Below the pieces are notes generated by a model that was not told the DNA's origin, made no database searches, and worked only from the letters and a program-made list of their open reading frames with translations. A stretch of DNA of 64,000 bases from the human T2T-CHM13v2.0 reference genome, Homo sapiens, in the NCBI RefSeq assembly GCF_009914755.1, contig NC_060945.1, one strand, 5' to 3'. A program made the position numbers and the translations under genes. Shown one piece after another: positions 37,335 through 54,548 of this stretch (positions are counted from its first letter, which is position 1; every line of letters starts with the position of its first letter).

Positions 37335-38075
37335 TGAATTGGGTTAATGCCAGTGTGAGGGTTAAAAGAGTAGAATCTGAAGCCAGAGTGACTGGGCTTG
37401 CAACCTGGCTCTGCCCTGTAACAGTTATGTGACCCTGGGCAAGTTACTTAACCTCTCTGAGCCTTGGTCTCTTAATCTGTAAAATGGGAATAATAATAAC
37501 ACTTCTCTCTCAGTTGGAGTAAAGGTCAATGAGTTAATATATGGGAAGAGCTTGGGACAGTGTTTGTTACCTAGTAGGTATCAGGTAAGTGTTAGCTGCT
37601 TTTCTTCTTGTTTGCATAGTCATGAGACCAGTTGTTTAGGTGCCTGAAAGAGCCAGTGTTAAAATGGCATGAGATTAGTGCTAGGGATGATGGTGCTTTC
37701 ATTGTCTTTGCTTTACACATAGTAGACACTCAATAGCAGTTTTATTCAATGAAATTGAATCACCATTCGAATTTTGAACTTGCCCTTGAAATCAAGGAGT
37801 GTTTTCCACAAACCAAACCAGTCTTGCAAATAGTTAGGAAAATCAAGCTTGTTTTTAATATCCTGTTGTTTCCTAGGAAGGGGCTCTACAAAGAAAGTGA
37901 ATGGAAACAGCGTTCTTGGCAATGTTGCCATTGGTAGTGGGTGCCTGCTTTTAGTACTGTATGAAAATAAAATCAAACAAATTTAAAGAAATAAAAGCTC
38001 CCTCTTTTCCTCCAAGGGAGTGTTGGCTTCACCAATAAATGCATGGTTCTTCCTTTGTGGAATTATGATCAATAA

Positions 38076-38399
<324 letters not shown>

Positions 38400-38439
38400 A
38401 TAGAAATCATTTTTAATTGGTGCTTATTTTAAAAAGCAA

Positions 38440-39050
38440 GATTGAGGCATGACATATTTATGTGTGTGTATATATATAAACATGCACACACGTGTGCACA
38501 TGTATGTTAAAATATTTTTAAATTAATAAATTTATATACTATAAAAGTCACCATTTAAAAGTGTATAATCTAGTGTTTTTTAGTGTATTCACAGAGTTGT
38601 GCAACCATCACCACCTTCTAATTTTAGAATATTTTTATTACCCCCCGGCAAAAGAAACCCTGTACCCATTACCAGTCACTCCCCATTTCCCTCTTCCCCC
38701 AGCCCTGGCAACTACTAATTTACTTTCCGTGTCTATGGATTTGCCTATTCTGGCCATTTCATATAAATGGAATTATATAATACCCGGTCTTTTGTGATTG
38801 CTTTCTGTCATGTAGCATTATGTTTTTCAGGTTTGTCTAAGTTATAGCATGTGTCAGTGTCTCCTTCCTTTTTATGACTGCATAATACTCCATGTATGGA
38901 TATACCACAATTGGCTGATCCATTTGAGTTGTTCCCACACTTTGGCTAGTAATACTGCTATGAGCGCTGTTTTCACTTCTCAGAAAACTCCACTCTTAGG
39001 AGTGGAATTGCTGGGTCATATGTCAGCTTTCTTTATCCTTTTGAGGAAAT
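38440..39050 (-). mobile_element. Old L1 (L1MB-like) 3'-end fragment
   Basis: tattcacagagttgtgcaaccatcacc, ctatggatttgcctattctgg and gagtggaattgctgggtcata motifs. Confidence 0.8.
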
Positions 39051-39126
39051 ATATATTTTAAAAAAATTCAACATTTAATGATAAATCTAATTTTAATTTT
39101 AATAATGATAATCTAGCTCTATTTGA

Positions 39127-39526
<400 letters not shown>

Positions 39527-39546
39527 ATGAAAGCCATTTATTTTCA

Positions 39547-39857
<311 letters not shown>

Positions 39858-42800
39858 TCAGTGATGAAAGCAGCTCCAGGCCTTTACTTAATAGAACTTA
39901 GACTTCCAAGGTGGAGAGAGCTGCCTCCTTACTAACGGGATTGGTGCCGTGGGATGCTCTGCCCTCTCATGTCTAAACCCAGGGGAGGACCATTGTCCAG
40001 GCCTTTTCTAGAGCCAGCCTTGGGTAGGCACCATTCAGGCCAATCATTTCCGCCTCACCAAGGCGAGAGCACCTCTTCACATACGTATTCTTAGTCATGC
40101 ATGTTGTCATGAGATCACCCTTCATTAGAACTCTTTGGGCTTAGATTAGCAAGGAAGAGAACATTCAGAAATGGTAAGTGAATCACGCTATTTTTGGCTC
40201 TTCCCAACAATACCCTTGGGTAGCCTGAGGTGTCATAACGCTGCTGTTATTAGGAAAATGATAGTCGTAAGTGTGCCTGGCTCTGTCTTTGTTTATTAAG
40301 ATGACAAAGGCAGAAACCTCACAAGTGAATCAGCTTGGATCACCGACTCCGCAGGTCACAGTGGAAAATAGAACCAGGGACTGGGAGCGGCAGATCTTTC
40401 TGTAGTACTCAGGGTGTTTTTTCCAAGGGTTTTGTGCTGTCAAAAAGAGGATGAGCACCGAGCTTCTCAGGATCGCGAGAACAACAAAGAAAACCAAGTG
40501 GAAGCTGTGCCTTGTGCACTGGCCTCTCCTGCAGGAAATTCTCAACAGCCCTTTTAAAGTAATTTTAACAAAATCCAATCCCTCTCAGCGCAATTACTGT
40601 CAGAATGTCAAAGCAATGAATTTAATAATGTTTTGATAGCAAAGACGGTATACTTTTTCTTTCTCTGATCTCCAGCTTTTTCTACTTTTGCCTCTCTCTC
40701 CTCAGGAATATATTTATAATCCAATAATGGCAAGGGCTCAGATCTTTTAAAGTTAGAGAAGACTGGAGATACAGGGACGATTTAGGAAGATTTTTTTCAC
40801 TTTTCCCTCTAAAAATCATGTTAATGTGTGTCACCGCACACGGACATAGGTGATTAGGTGGTTGAGACCTCACATTAAAATGCTTGTTTAGAATATATTC
40901 ATAGTGGCTTTAACGGAATGTCTTGACTTTCAAAGACTCTATACCACTAATTTTGGGTGTTCGTATTTCAGCTGACCACTGGTATGTTCTTTGCTGGAGC
41001 GCTTTCTCATAAAGAATTTTCTCCTTTATGCTGCAAAGGTGGAATGAATTTCATAAATTATTTTGAGGTTAGATTTTTCAAATGAATAAGAGAGTATTGC
41101 ATTTCAGAGAGGCCCTGGAGTCCCTGGTGGGAAGATTTCTAAGTAAATACATTGGATGATGCAAAAGGATGCAGGATGATTTTTTGTGGCTATATGTGTA
41201 CAGTGATTTAAGGGGCTTTTGGTTGTGTGTGTGTGTGTGTTTGTGTGTGTGTTAGGGGATGCTTTAAAAATGCAGTTCCTGATTAGGCTGATATTATGTT
41301 ATTATGTCATAATCAACTTAATGCTAGCAGAGCCCTCATTTCCTGTGGCATTAAATCGAAATATTTATTTATCTTTCCAGAACTATTTAAACATCATTTA
41401 AAAGAAACAATAAATATGACAAGTAGGTTTTGTTTTTTTTTTTTAATACAAAGGAAACTTAGCATGTATAAAGCAGATTCACTTTGCTGGCAGAGAGCTT
41501 CCTATTAGATTGGACTTGCCACAGCCTCTGTGTCTAGGGCTGTTGTTCATTTTTACAAAGGTAGAGTGTGTTCTAACTTCTTTATTATTCTATTTTAGAA
41601 TTGTCTAAGCTTCTCTAAAATATAACGAGTTGTTTTTCCTTCCCCTAAACGTGCTTACTGAGCAGGATGCCAAAATCTGATGATTTGCCTATTGTATATA
41701 GAGCATCAACTCTTAACGTGAATCACCAAGAACGCCGATTCTGCTGAGAGGCTAATTTGAGATTCATGTGTTCATTCAAAATAACAAAGTCCAATCAAAC
41801 TATACAGATAAAACACAACTGGGTAATACAATACCACCATCCCTAAGCAGGAAGAGAAAAGCCACGGGGCTGCAGGACCAGGAGAAAGAGACACATGATC
41901 AAAGGGAGCCCGAGCCTGAGCTCGGATGTGTGTCAACACCGTGGCTCCCAGGGCCATGACCTTATCCATTCATCAATATGGAGAAAAGGGCTCTCTGCGC
42001 TTAAGAGGAAGGCAGTGGAAGAGAGGAGGCCCTTCTTTGTTCTTTTGGGCCTGACAAGAAGCAGGCACAACCTGTGCTGGTTAGGGGGTTAAGAAGTTCT
42101 GTTAACTTTCAGGTTTTCTTGGATTTCTGCTCACATCCAGGAGCTGGGTGGAATCCCAGGGCCTTCTGCTGAGAGCAAGCACATATCTGGAGGCATCAGT
42201 TACAGCAAAAGATTTGTGTTTAATTGGGTTTAAAAAAATAGCATTGGAAATGTGAGCTCTTGCAAAGCTCCAGCCCAACAGCTTCATGGATTGGGATGTA
42301 CAGTGGTCCGCAGTGCTGATGCGAAAGCCTGACCCCCTTGTCCATATGCTGGTTTGACCACTCGAAAGTGGCGCTGGGCAAATCGCTCAGGCTTTTGTGC
42401 CTCTCCTTCCACAGCTACACAACAGGGAAAGCGGATTATCCACTTCACATGGCTGTTGTGAGGATTAAATAAGTCAATCTGCATAAAGCACTAAAAACTG
42501 AGACTCTGTGTAAGGACTGAGTCCATGTTCTCTGTAATTACTGCTCAGTCCAGCCCATTCATTTTATCCACGGGAAGCTGAGACCCACAGTTCTCCGTGC
42601 TGAGGGTCCCACAGCTGTTCTCTGCTTGCACTGCCCTTGTTGGCTTTGGCTGAATTCTACTCATCCTTCAGGTCCCAGCTCCAGGCTCACCTTCTCTGGG
42701 AAGCCCTCCAGGCTTGGCCCCCTGGCCATAGACTCTCAGCACCCTCTACTTTTCTTTCTGAGCACGTATCCCATGGTTACTTTTCTCTATCTGCCTTCTG

Positions 42801-44084
42801 CACAGGCCATAGCTTAGCCCAGTGCTCAGCCCAGTGGGCACACAGTAAGACTTTGTTGAATGAAGGAAGGAAAATTGAATGAATACAGCTAGTGTCAGAG
42901 TTTGCACTGGGATGGAAGCTTTCTGGTAGCCAGTCCTATGTTCTGGAATAGTCCATATTCTCCCTGGAATTTCAAAGGAGTTTCTTCATTGACTTAGTGT
43001 CAATGTGTTTATTTTTTAGGTCACAATTTGTAGAGTGGCATCTTTCTAGTGAATGGGTCTTTCAGTTTTATAAACAGAATTTGTTTCTGGAACATTACGG
43101 GAACTCAATAAAGGTTTCATTTTGAATAAATAAATCAGGTTCATGGATGACACATTATTCTTGTATTTTACCAAAATACCCATATTGTAAATAAATCAAT
43201 AATTTGCACATCATTTGCTTTTAATACAGTGCTTTTGAAGATAAGACCTAACCAAAAAAAAAAAAAAAAAAAAAAAATCATGTTCCCTGCAAAATGCCTG
43301 TTGCCTTGGGGAGTTATGTGCTTGGGGAGTTTGGGATGCTTTATTCTTAGTTTATTATTAAAATCCATCTTGTGACCATCCCTGTAGGCAAAACTTTTTC
43401 CATCCAACTTAATCCTGTCTGAGTTGGGTCTATCCTTCCCTGGGCCCCTTCTCTCTTACCTTTCATTGGGCTGGGGGGCATGCCCCCCAATACTCTTTGC
43501 TTATGGCCAAATTAATCACCTCTTTTAAGTATTTTCTGGAGTCTTTCCTCTTCACCTTGTCTTAGAATCTTTCACTTTATTATCCTCACCTCCAGCCTCT
43601 CACCTCGTAAATGGAGTGGCCCGCAAAGCCCTCGGGAATCCACTGTGGCATCTCCCTCTGCCAGTGGCCCTGCTGGGTAACCCTTCTCATGATGGTCGGG
43701 TTCCAGGGGAGAATCAGAAGCTCCGAGAGTTTAAATGACTTGCCCGGGCCGGGTTGGCGGGTCCATTAGAGAGAGCCAGACCCCAGCACCTGTCCTTACT
43801 CCCTTCCCCAGGCCCCCTTGCTTGGCTGCCTGTCTTTGCTCAGCCTCCTCACTCGGGGTGTTCACTGGTTCTGCCACGTCTCACGCTCTCCTCCCCTTCC
43901 CTCCTCTCCTGATGCCTCGGTGTTACACCATTCAGTTCTTTGGACTCAACCCTGAGCGGCTCCCCCAGGCTCTTTCCTGAGTTCCTGCCCCTCAGCCTAG
44001 ACCTCCTGGGCTGGGCATGGTCTGTGGAGGCCCAGGGGAGAGACTGCCTTCTCCCATCTGCCTTCTCCCATCCCACAACCCTGG

Positions 44085-44383
44085 ATGCATGTGATGCATG
44101 CACGCGCGCACACACACACACGCGCGCCCACCGCCATATACACAGGGTGCACGCTGACACAGAGCTCACACGTGTGTATGCAACACGTATGTGCAAACAT
44201 GTGTACATTCATACACCCATGGATGCGTGCACATGCATGCACACACCCACACGTACACTCATGCTCTCCCCCACGTGCATGCACATACGTGCACATAGTC
44301 ACATGAACATGTGCTCACACTTGCAATGTGCCCACACAAACTCATGTGTACTTACACACTCGGGCGTAAACACACACACACAC
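44085..44383. repeat. Degenerate alternating purine-pyrimidine (CA/TG/CG) tract
   Basis: Read directly, including cacgcgcgcacacacacacacgcgcg. Confidence 0.9.
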
Positions 44384-44917
44384 TCCTGATTTCCACTTCC
44401 CCAGCACTGCTCCTGTCTGCCTCTTTGCTCCACAGGGTTGGAGCAGCTGCCTTTCTGCCCCCAGGGGTGGGGGATCACCTGTATGTTTGTCATGGCAACA
44501 GGACCCTCCCTGACTCTCCTCCCTCGCACCCTCTGTCCTGAAGGGCAGTGACTCAGTTTATGGCGGCCAGTCTCAGAACTTTCCAACTGACCATCTTGAA
44601 AGAGATGCAAGGAGAGTCTGGGTGGGTGGCTGGAGGGGAGGGGAAGGGGTTGCTTGGTAGGCTGTGGGGGAACCTTGAATGGTTAGTCATGGCCTGTTTG
44701 CATGCTTGTGCTTTTGAAAGAACTTCAAACAAAGGGCTGTGATTAGGTGATACCTAGAGGGTGTGGAGGAGTCTTCTCCCCTTAGGTCCTTTCCGGATCT
44801 CTGTAAAAACACCCTGCACTTATCTCAACATCTGGTCTGTCTGCTGTGATGGGTCCCCTTTGAGCATTTCTTCCTGGAACTGCCTAATGAGCAGAGAAGG
44901 GTCCTGAAGCCTTCTGA

Positions 44918-45457
<540 letters not shown>

Positions 45458-45538
45458 TGAAGGCCCATTGGCCAAGAAAAAGCAACTTCCCATCTATCCC
45501 AGGGCCATTCTCTTCTCCTTCACATTTGTTCTCAGTTA

Positions 45539-46091
<553 letters not shown>

Positions 46092-46358
46092 TCAGATCAA
46101 GGACCATTCACGTGAAGTGGGCATTCTACTTCCCTCACCGCATCGTCATGTGCCGACCAGCCTGCCCTTCACCTTCCTTCCCTTAAAGCACGTCTCACAC
46201 TTAGCAGAGCTAAATGTTTTGCTCTTGGGATGGAGCTAGAGTAAACATCAGGCTTTTCACATGGACCACAAGGAGGTTTTCTGATAGAGCCAGTATTCTG
46301 GATAATATAGGCTTGCTCATAATTTTTTTAAAGGTCCATTATAATACACGAATACTGA

Positions 46359-46627
46359 GGCTGGGCGCGGTGGCTCACTCCTGTAATCCCAGCATTTTGG
46401 GAGGCTGAGGCGGGCGGATCACGAGGTCAGGAGATCGAGACCACGGTGAAATCCTGTCTCTACTAAAAATACAAAAAATTAGCCGGGTGCGGTGGCGGGC
46501 GCCTGTAGTCCCAGCTACTCAGGAGGCTGAGGCAGGAGAATGGCATGAACCCGGGAAGCGGAACTTGCAGTGAGCTGAGATCACGCCACTGCACTCTAGC
46601 CTGGGCAACAGAGTGAGACTCTGCCTC

Positions 46628-46652
<25 letters not shown>
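46359..46652 (+). mobile_element. AluY with a 12-bp left-arm deletion (AluYd lineage)
   Basis: Reads gagatcgagaccacggtgaaa, lacking atcctggctaac. TSD aatacacgaa(t/c)actga. Confidence 0.85.
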
Positions 46653-46658
<6 letters not shown>

Positions 46659-46703
46659 CGAACACTGAAACCTTATGAAGAAATTCACCCCTTTTAAAAC
46701 TTT

Positions 46704-47180
46704 CAACTTTTATTTTTGCTTCAGGGTGTACCTGTGCAGGTTTGTTACATGGGTATATTGCGTGATGCTGAGGTTTGGGGTACAGATTCCATCACCCAGG
46801 TACTGTGCATAGTACCCAACGGGTAGTTTTTCAACCCTCGTCCTCCTCTTTCCCACCCTTCTCTGGTAGTTCTCAGTATCTGTTGTTCCTGTCTTTGTGT
46901 CCATATGTACCCAATGTTCAGCTCCCACTTACAAGGAAGAACATGCAATATTTGATTTTTTTTTTCTTTGTTAATTTGCTCAGGATAATGACTTCGAGCG
47001 GCATCCATGTTGCTGCAGAGGGCATGATTTCATTCTTTTTTATGGCTGCATGGTATTCCATGGTACATATGTACCCCGTTTTCTTTACCCAGTCCACCTT
47101 TGATAGGCACCTAGTTTGGTTACGTGTCTTTGCGGTTGTGAATAGCGCTGTAGTGTCTTTTGGGTAGAATGATTGATTTT
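46704..47180 (-). mobile_element. L1 (L1PB/L1PA-old) 3'-end fragment
   Basis: gtgcaggtttgttacatgggtatattgcgtgatgctgaggtttgggg motif. Minus-strand ORFs resemble degraded L1 ORF2 C-terminus/3'UTR. Confidence 0.88.
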
Positions 47181-47434
47181 CACCCTTTTTTATTCCAGTT
47201 GTCTCTCAATTTTTCTGCCTCTTTGGATCATTTGTGTCCTCTTTGATCACTGTTGAGTAGCTGAGCAGAGGGTCTGGGTTGCTCACTGTTCTGAATGGAC
47301 TCAGGGACATAACTTCAGGGGGCTAAGGATGTCCCACAGTGAACTGCCTGAGTGAGGCACTTGGTTGTAGTTGTACCATTCTTAGTGTGGATTGCTTAGG
47401 AAAGGGAAATGTATCCAAAAGCTGCTTTTACAAA

Positions 47435-48460
47435 AATTTATAGACAATGTTTTTTAGAGCAGTTTCAGATTTACAGAAGACTTGCATAGAAACTATGAGA
47501 GTTCCCGCATACCTTCCCCCTACTCACATTTTCCCTGTTACGAATATCTTGTGTTCCCCTGGCACATTTGTTACAATGGATGAACCAGCATGGATACAGT
47601 CGTATTAACTAAGGTCTGAGTTTACCTTAGGGTTCACTCTGTGATGTCCAGTTCTGTGGATTTTGATAAATGCACAGTATCATGTAACACCACTACAGTA
47701 CCATAAAGAATAATTTTAACACCCTAAAACCCCTCTATACTCCACCTATTCATCTCTCCTTTTTTCCCTCGCACACCCCAACCCCTGGCAGCCACTGCTC
47801 TTTTTACCATCGCCATAGATTCCCAGAGTGTCATACAGTTGGAGTCAAACAGTATGTAGCCATTTCTGACTAGCTTCTTTCAATTAAAAGCATGCATTTG
47901 ACGTTCCTCCATGTCTTTCCAAGTGAATCACACCATTTTTGGCTCATCTTATTTGTTTTTATCACTGAAGATAAAAAGATATTCTGTAATATCTTATCTC
48001 TTTTTTCTTTTTCTTTTTTATTTTTTGAGATGGAGTCTCACTCTGTCGCCCTAGGCTGGAGCGCAGTGGCACAATTTTGGCTCACTGCAACCTCCGCCTC
48101 CCGGGTTCAGGCGAGTAGCTGGGATTACAGGTGTGTGCCACCACGCCTGGCTAATTTTTGTATTTTTAGTAGAGACGGGGTTTCACCATTTTGGCCTGGC
48201 TGGTCTTGAACTCCTGACTTCAGGTGATCAACCCGCCTCAGCTTCCCAAAGTGCTGGGATTATGGGTGTGAGCCACCGCGCCCAACCTTATTTCTTTTTA
48301 TCACTGAATATGCCATTGTTTGGGTGTGCCAACGTTTGTTTATCCATTCTGCTGCTGAAGGACATCTTGGGTGCTTCCAGTTTGGGGAAAGAATGATTGA
48401 AACTGCTATAAACATTTATGTCCATAAGTTTTCCACTCATTTAGGTAAATACCTAGGTAA
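47435..48460 (-). mobile_element. Old L1 (L1MC-like) 3'-end fragment interrupted by internally deleted Alu 48000-48287 (-)
   Basis: ttttagagcagtttcagatttacag start, and L1 motifs resume after the Alu. Confidence 0.78.
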
Positions 48461-51400
48461 AAGCTATTTTAAAAAATGAGATTTTAGTGCCTTTTGTCCT
48501 AAAGTCTGGAAGAAAGTGTTCTCTCTCTTCCTATTGGATAAGTTACAAAGGACAGAGCAGGAAGTGGAAGTAAATAAAGCCAAAGGCTATTGAATGTTCT
48601 TTTCTTTTGCGTGGGTAAGTACACTGATCTTTTGGACAGAGACAGAAGTAGCTCACCCTCCCATTAACTAGCCATGGAACCTTTAAGCAGTTGGATTGGT
48701 TGTCACTGAAACCTTTTAGAAATCTGGACAAATAACCCAGGTTAACCAGGTTTATTCTGTGCATTTTTCTTAGGGGATGGGAGTTGGTTATAATGGGATG
48801 CTATGGGTGGGAAGATAGTGACTTTGAACTGATTTTATTTTTTTCTCAGTTTGCCTAATAATTATTTTTAATATGTCCTGCCCTAGTTTTAGGACATTTC
48901 CTAGATTTGAAAAGCGGATATTTTTTTTTCTTTTGCATTTTCTCTTATTTTTGGTCTTTCGTTTATATCATTCTTCTAATCACTGTGGTTGTTCTCTAGG
49001 CTTTTGTGGCCCCAGAATTACCCAACTTAGTTTTATTGTTCTTGGCAGTTGCTGTCTTTTACCTTGCCTCTTTAGGATGTTTTTCCCCACAGTATTTGCT
49101 CTGAACCAAATTTCTCCTTTAATGCCTTAGAGGGGCTTCCATTCTTCCCAGGCAAAGAGGGCTTAACTTCGTTTGAAACAAACTGTGGCCTTCCTTTAGA
49201 TTTAGAGAGTACTGCTGTTTATAATCAGGGCTCACGGAATCACAGTTTGGGATATTGCTGGCATACTATTTTGTGTATGCATGTGTGTGTTTCGGAATTA
49301 CTGTTTATGCCTGAATAGAAGTCAGGCTGATATTACATCTTCAGTATCTTCAGAAAAGAAGAAGTGCCTTACAGAGTCCTTGCAAGTCTCTCATATGATA
49401 AGGACACAATTTCAATCATAGTATTTTATTTTCAATAACAAAGTACTAGTTAGAGAAGACACATAAACCTTTATTTGGCTCACTGATGACTTTGGGTGCT
49501 CTAGAAATCACTCGAGGAACCCAGTAGGAAGGAAGGTAAAAGCATTTATGGGGCTTTAATAATAACTTCTAGAGATACGGCCTCTTGATTGTGAGAGTTT
49601 GAGAGACCAGTCTCAAAACAGTTCACTGAGTGGTTAATTTATGGAGATTTTAAATGGGTGTGTATGATTTGGGATAAGATTTCCAGCAAGTGCCTCATAT
49701 GCAAATTTTAAAAATACTTTATCTCAAATATCCAGTCACCTGAAAGATCATGTTACATTGAACCACTGCACAAGGACTCAAAAAGTCATCCTGGTTCTGC
49801 CTGTGACTAGTTTGAATAAAATTGTTTCATGAAATGTGACAGTGTGGAAACAGTATTTCTTAAATTAACTATGTTAACCTTTTAATGTATGGTCTTAAAT
49901 AGGAGGATGCAGCTTCAAAGATAAGTAGTATCAACAGTCATTTAATAATTCTATTGCATTCCTAAAAATTATACATTTGTGTTTTCCAAAAACCTTTTAC
50001 TGAGGGACAAAGTCTTCCTGTTGGAAAAGCGAGGATATCACTGTATATTTGGAGTCACCCTATATTTGGACACGTGATATCTTTAAAAGGCAGACACAGT
50101 TTTGAAGTATTCTGTGTATTGTTTCATTTGGAGTGAAGGGAAAGTATGTAATTCTTCTTCCCATTGGTGGGCACATTGGATTGGGGAATGTCTGTTTATA
50201 TCCCCAGTTTGAACATGGATCTTCCTTCTCAGCCAGTGCCCAGCCTTAAGGCTATTGGCAACTTTGAATCTGTTGGACACCTTTTAGAGTTCACCTTTTT
50301 TTCTGCATTTGACTCCTTAATTCTTACCATCTTGTAGTCCTGCCCTTCCTGTGACAACAGCCTGGCTGACATAACCCCTGCCCACCCCGCAACTGTTCTT
50401 TCCCAGTTTGCTGTGAATGCCAGTGTTCCCCACCAGCCTGTTGGGTCTTTCCCCCGCACCAGTTCTCTGCCCTCACCTTCACAATCTCACGTCCTTTCAA
50501 GGCTTCAGCATCTGCCCATATTGAGGTTGAAAACTGGTAGCCTGCAAGGTTGGGGTTATGGTTGTTTTAAATATGAGTTTGTTGCCAACATTTAAAAATT
50601 GAGATCAAATCCAGACCTCTGGCTTCTTCTGTAGAATGAGGTGAGCTGGCAGTGTTGGGACCGAGCCGTGAGTAGCTGTCCCCGTTAGTGGGGCACTGCT
50701 GTCCTGTTTGCCACAGCCAGTCCTAGCTATCGCTCCTTTTTGTTTCAGACATTGACGTAGTGTATCAGTTGCCGTTTTTGTTTTAACATGATTACGCCAT
50801 TCAGTTCCCTACAATAGAGATAAGAGGAAAAAGAAACATTTCTCTTGCCTATCTCTCTATTCAAAAGTGAGAAAATAAAAGCTGGACCAAGAATGGTATG
50901 TTTAAAAACGGTGGAAGAGAACGTGTGTTTGTATGTGTGTGTTTGTGTGTGTCTGTGTGTGTGCGTGTGTGTAAGAGTGTTTTTACATAGTTAACATTCA
51001 AGGTATGCCTGCATTGGCAGGCTACAATTTAAGATGCCAGAGCTGATAATAATTGACCTAGATGGTTTTGATGTCCAAGTACATCCTTTGCCCACATAAA
51101 TACTTCTGCTTCTGAAATCTCAAATGATCTCATCAGTAATCTGGATTCATTGGTATTTACTGAGTACCTGGAATGTGCAAAAGTACTGGGGTGCAATGGG
51201 AAGCAGGGTAGACATGTTTCCTGCCTTCTAGGAGCTTACAGTCGCAGGCGCAGACACCAGAGACACCTCACACTCAACATGACCCTGGGCTCATTTCTCC
51301 CTTCCACCTCCTCCCGTCACCTCAGTGTCAATGCATGGCATCACCCATTATCTGATTAGCAATCTTCATTCCATCTGGAACTTAATTCCCTTGAGCTCTG

Positions 51401-51589
51401 TAAAGTTAACATGTTCTCGGGTGTGACAGCAGGAATTAGGACACCAACATCTTTGGAGTCCATTATTTTGCCCATGATAATATCTGCCTGCTAAATAGAT
51501 TAACTTATCATCACCTGCCAGTTTGTTATGACCCTTGGGCTCCAAACATGGAGGTCACTGGACTCATCAATTAAGTTGGCTTTCATGTG

Positions 51590-51899
<310 letters not shown>

Positions 51900-52354
51900 T
51901 CATGTGTTGTTTTTTTTTTTTTTTTTAAATTGCTTCCCCAAATCTGATGTTGCTCATAGTGTCACCAACCCAGGGCCACATTCATATGAAATATTTGCCT
52001 GGCCGCTCAGGCTGTGCCATCTTGAGTGATGTGTTCCTCTCTCCCCACACCCTGGTTCTGCTTAACTTCCAGGTTCCAGTTTAGGTCTTGCTTTTTCCAG
52101 AAACTTTTCATGATCCCTTCTGTCCTCTTTGCTGTCTGTCATGTCTGAAATTCTTCAGCTTTTATAGTCTACAGCAATTAATTATTAATATATCATGTCT
52201 TTTAAATATTTACTTGTTGATTGAGTTTTGGCAGAAAGCTTTATGGGTTGGTTAGAAATGGCTCTAAAAACAGTTCATTTCCCTTCAGAAGCAAAAGGTA
52301 ATTCCATTATTTCGAATGCTTATCTGAAATGCTGTGTGGTTTTGTTTATTTCAG

Positions 52355-52410
52355 AGACTTGAAGATAGAGAATTTGCTACTAGATGAAGACAATAATATC
52401 AAGCTGATTG
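52355..52410 (+). CDS. HUNK: HUNK coding exon (probably exon 3), 56 bp, (R)DLKIENLLLDEDNNIKLI(D)
   Basis: Acceptor tttgtttatttcag (AG at 52353-54) and donor TTG|gtatga at 52411. Phase 2 joins the previous exon to complete HRDLKIEN. Confidence 0.96.
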
Positions 52411-53462
52411 GTATGACTTTTTTTTTTTTTAAGCAAAAGTATCTTTTAAGTGTTGTGTTGTCAGTTCTCAACTTTGAAAATTATCCATGGTCTATCTCTA
52501 ATACCCAGACAATATTCTAGATTATCTTCTTTTACCTCCAATATTTAATAATGGTTTTGAAAATGGGTCATGTGTTTCCTTGTCTTATTCAAACTATAGC
52601 TTCTCCATAAATTCAGATGGAGCTGACCTTTTGTAGAATTTATTTTTATTTGGATTAACTGGAAAACTTCTTTAAAATAGTGAAAGATAGTTTGGCTTAG
52701 AAATGCTTCCCATAGCTTCGCCATATCTCATTCCACTTCTTGGTGAATGCAGGGATGCCTAAAGTAAGGGAGAATGCAATTGACCTTCTCTTTTTAATAC
52801 AATCTTTATTCAGGCTTGTTGGTACAATGGGAGCTGTGCAGAGAAGTCCCCACAAAGGGATAATTAGAAGTCTGAACCAATCAGAAGGAAGCTACAAGAT
52901 GGGGCATCATAATTGGTTCATAATTCATGGTCCATAGCAAATTCACTGCACAACTCGTTTTCTAGACGAATTCAGGTGGTTCTGTTGTTGTTATTTTCTC
53001 CCTCTGTGGTCGCTCTGGGCAGAATTCAGGGCATCATTTTTATATCCAGATATTAAATGGCACCATCTTTTATTCCCCTCTTTTCTTTTTTCTCCCACCT
53101 CAGATGCAAGTAATTTCTTTTACCTCAATGGCTTGAAAAGACTTTATATGAGGGGAAAAGAGAAGGATCAATAGGACTTTGTGAATTTAACTTTTATGCC
53201 CAAGAAGGAACTTTTGTTTGACAAATGCTGAAAGTCATTACAAGATTCTCCAAAACACATCATTAAAATGACTTATTAGATATTTTGGGATTACAGTCAG
53301 CTCCCAATTCAGTACTGGGCAAGAGGATGCACAGACTCTGGATAATTAAACACCACTGATAGGTGTTGATGGATACACTTATTACTAGAGAGTTAATCGT
53401 GAAGAGGAAACCAATTTTTCCCCAAAAGCATTTAGAAGAATCTATTCTTAGAAGATTCTTAG

Positions 53463-53832
<370 letters not shown>

Positions 53833-54121
53833 TAGTTGTCTTGAGGGGCCAAGTGCAGAAGCTGGAAAACAAGGCACTCGTGTTGAAATGCTTGCAGGAA
53901 GTCTCTCTGGTCCTCATTTCCGAGATCTGGAGTGTTAAACAAAGGGGCCTCCTGGTGTGGGGTAGGGAATGGAGGAAAGGAGTTTTTTGTTTTAGGTTCC
54001 CTGTAACTGTTCTTTGGAAAATGTGGAGGTGACAGTGATAGAGTTGTCCTAACAGCACCAGAGACTATAAAAGAACAGACTTTGTAACAGCAGTATTTAT
54101 ATGACAATAAAAGTTAGAATA

Positions 54122-54548
<427 letters not shown>

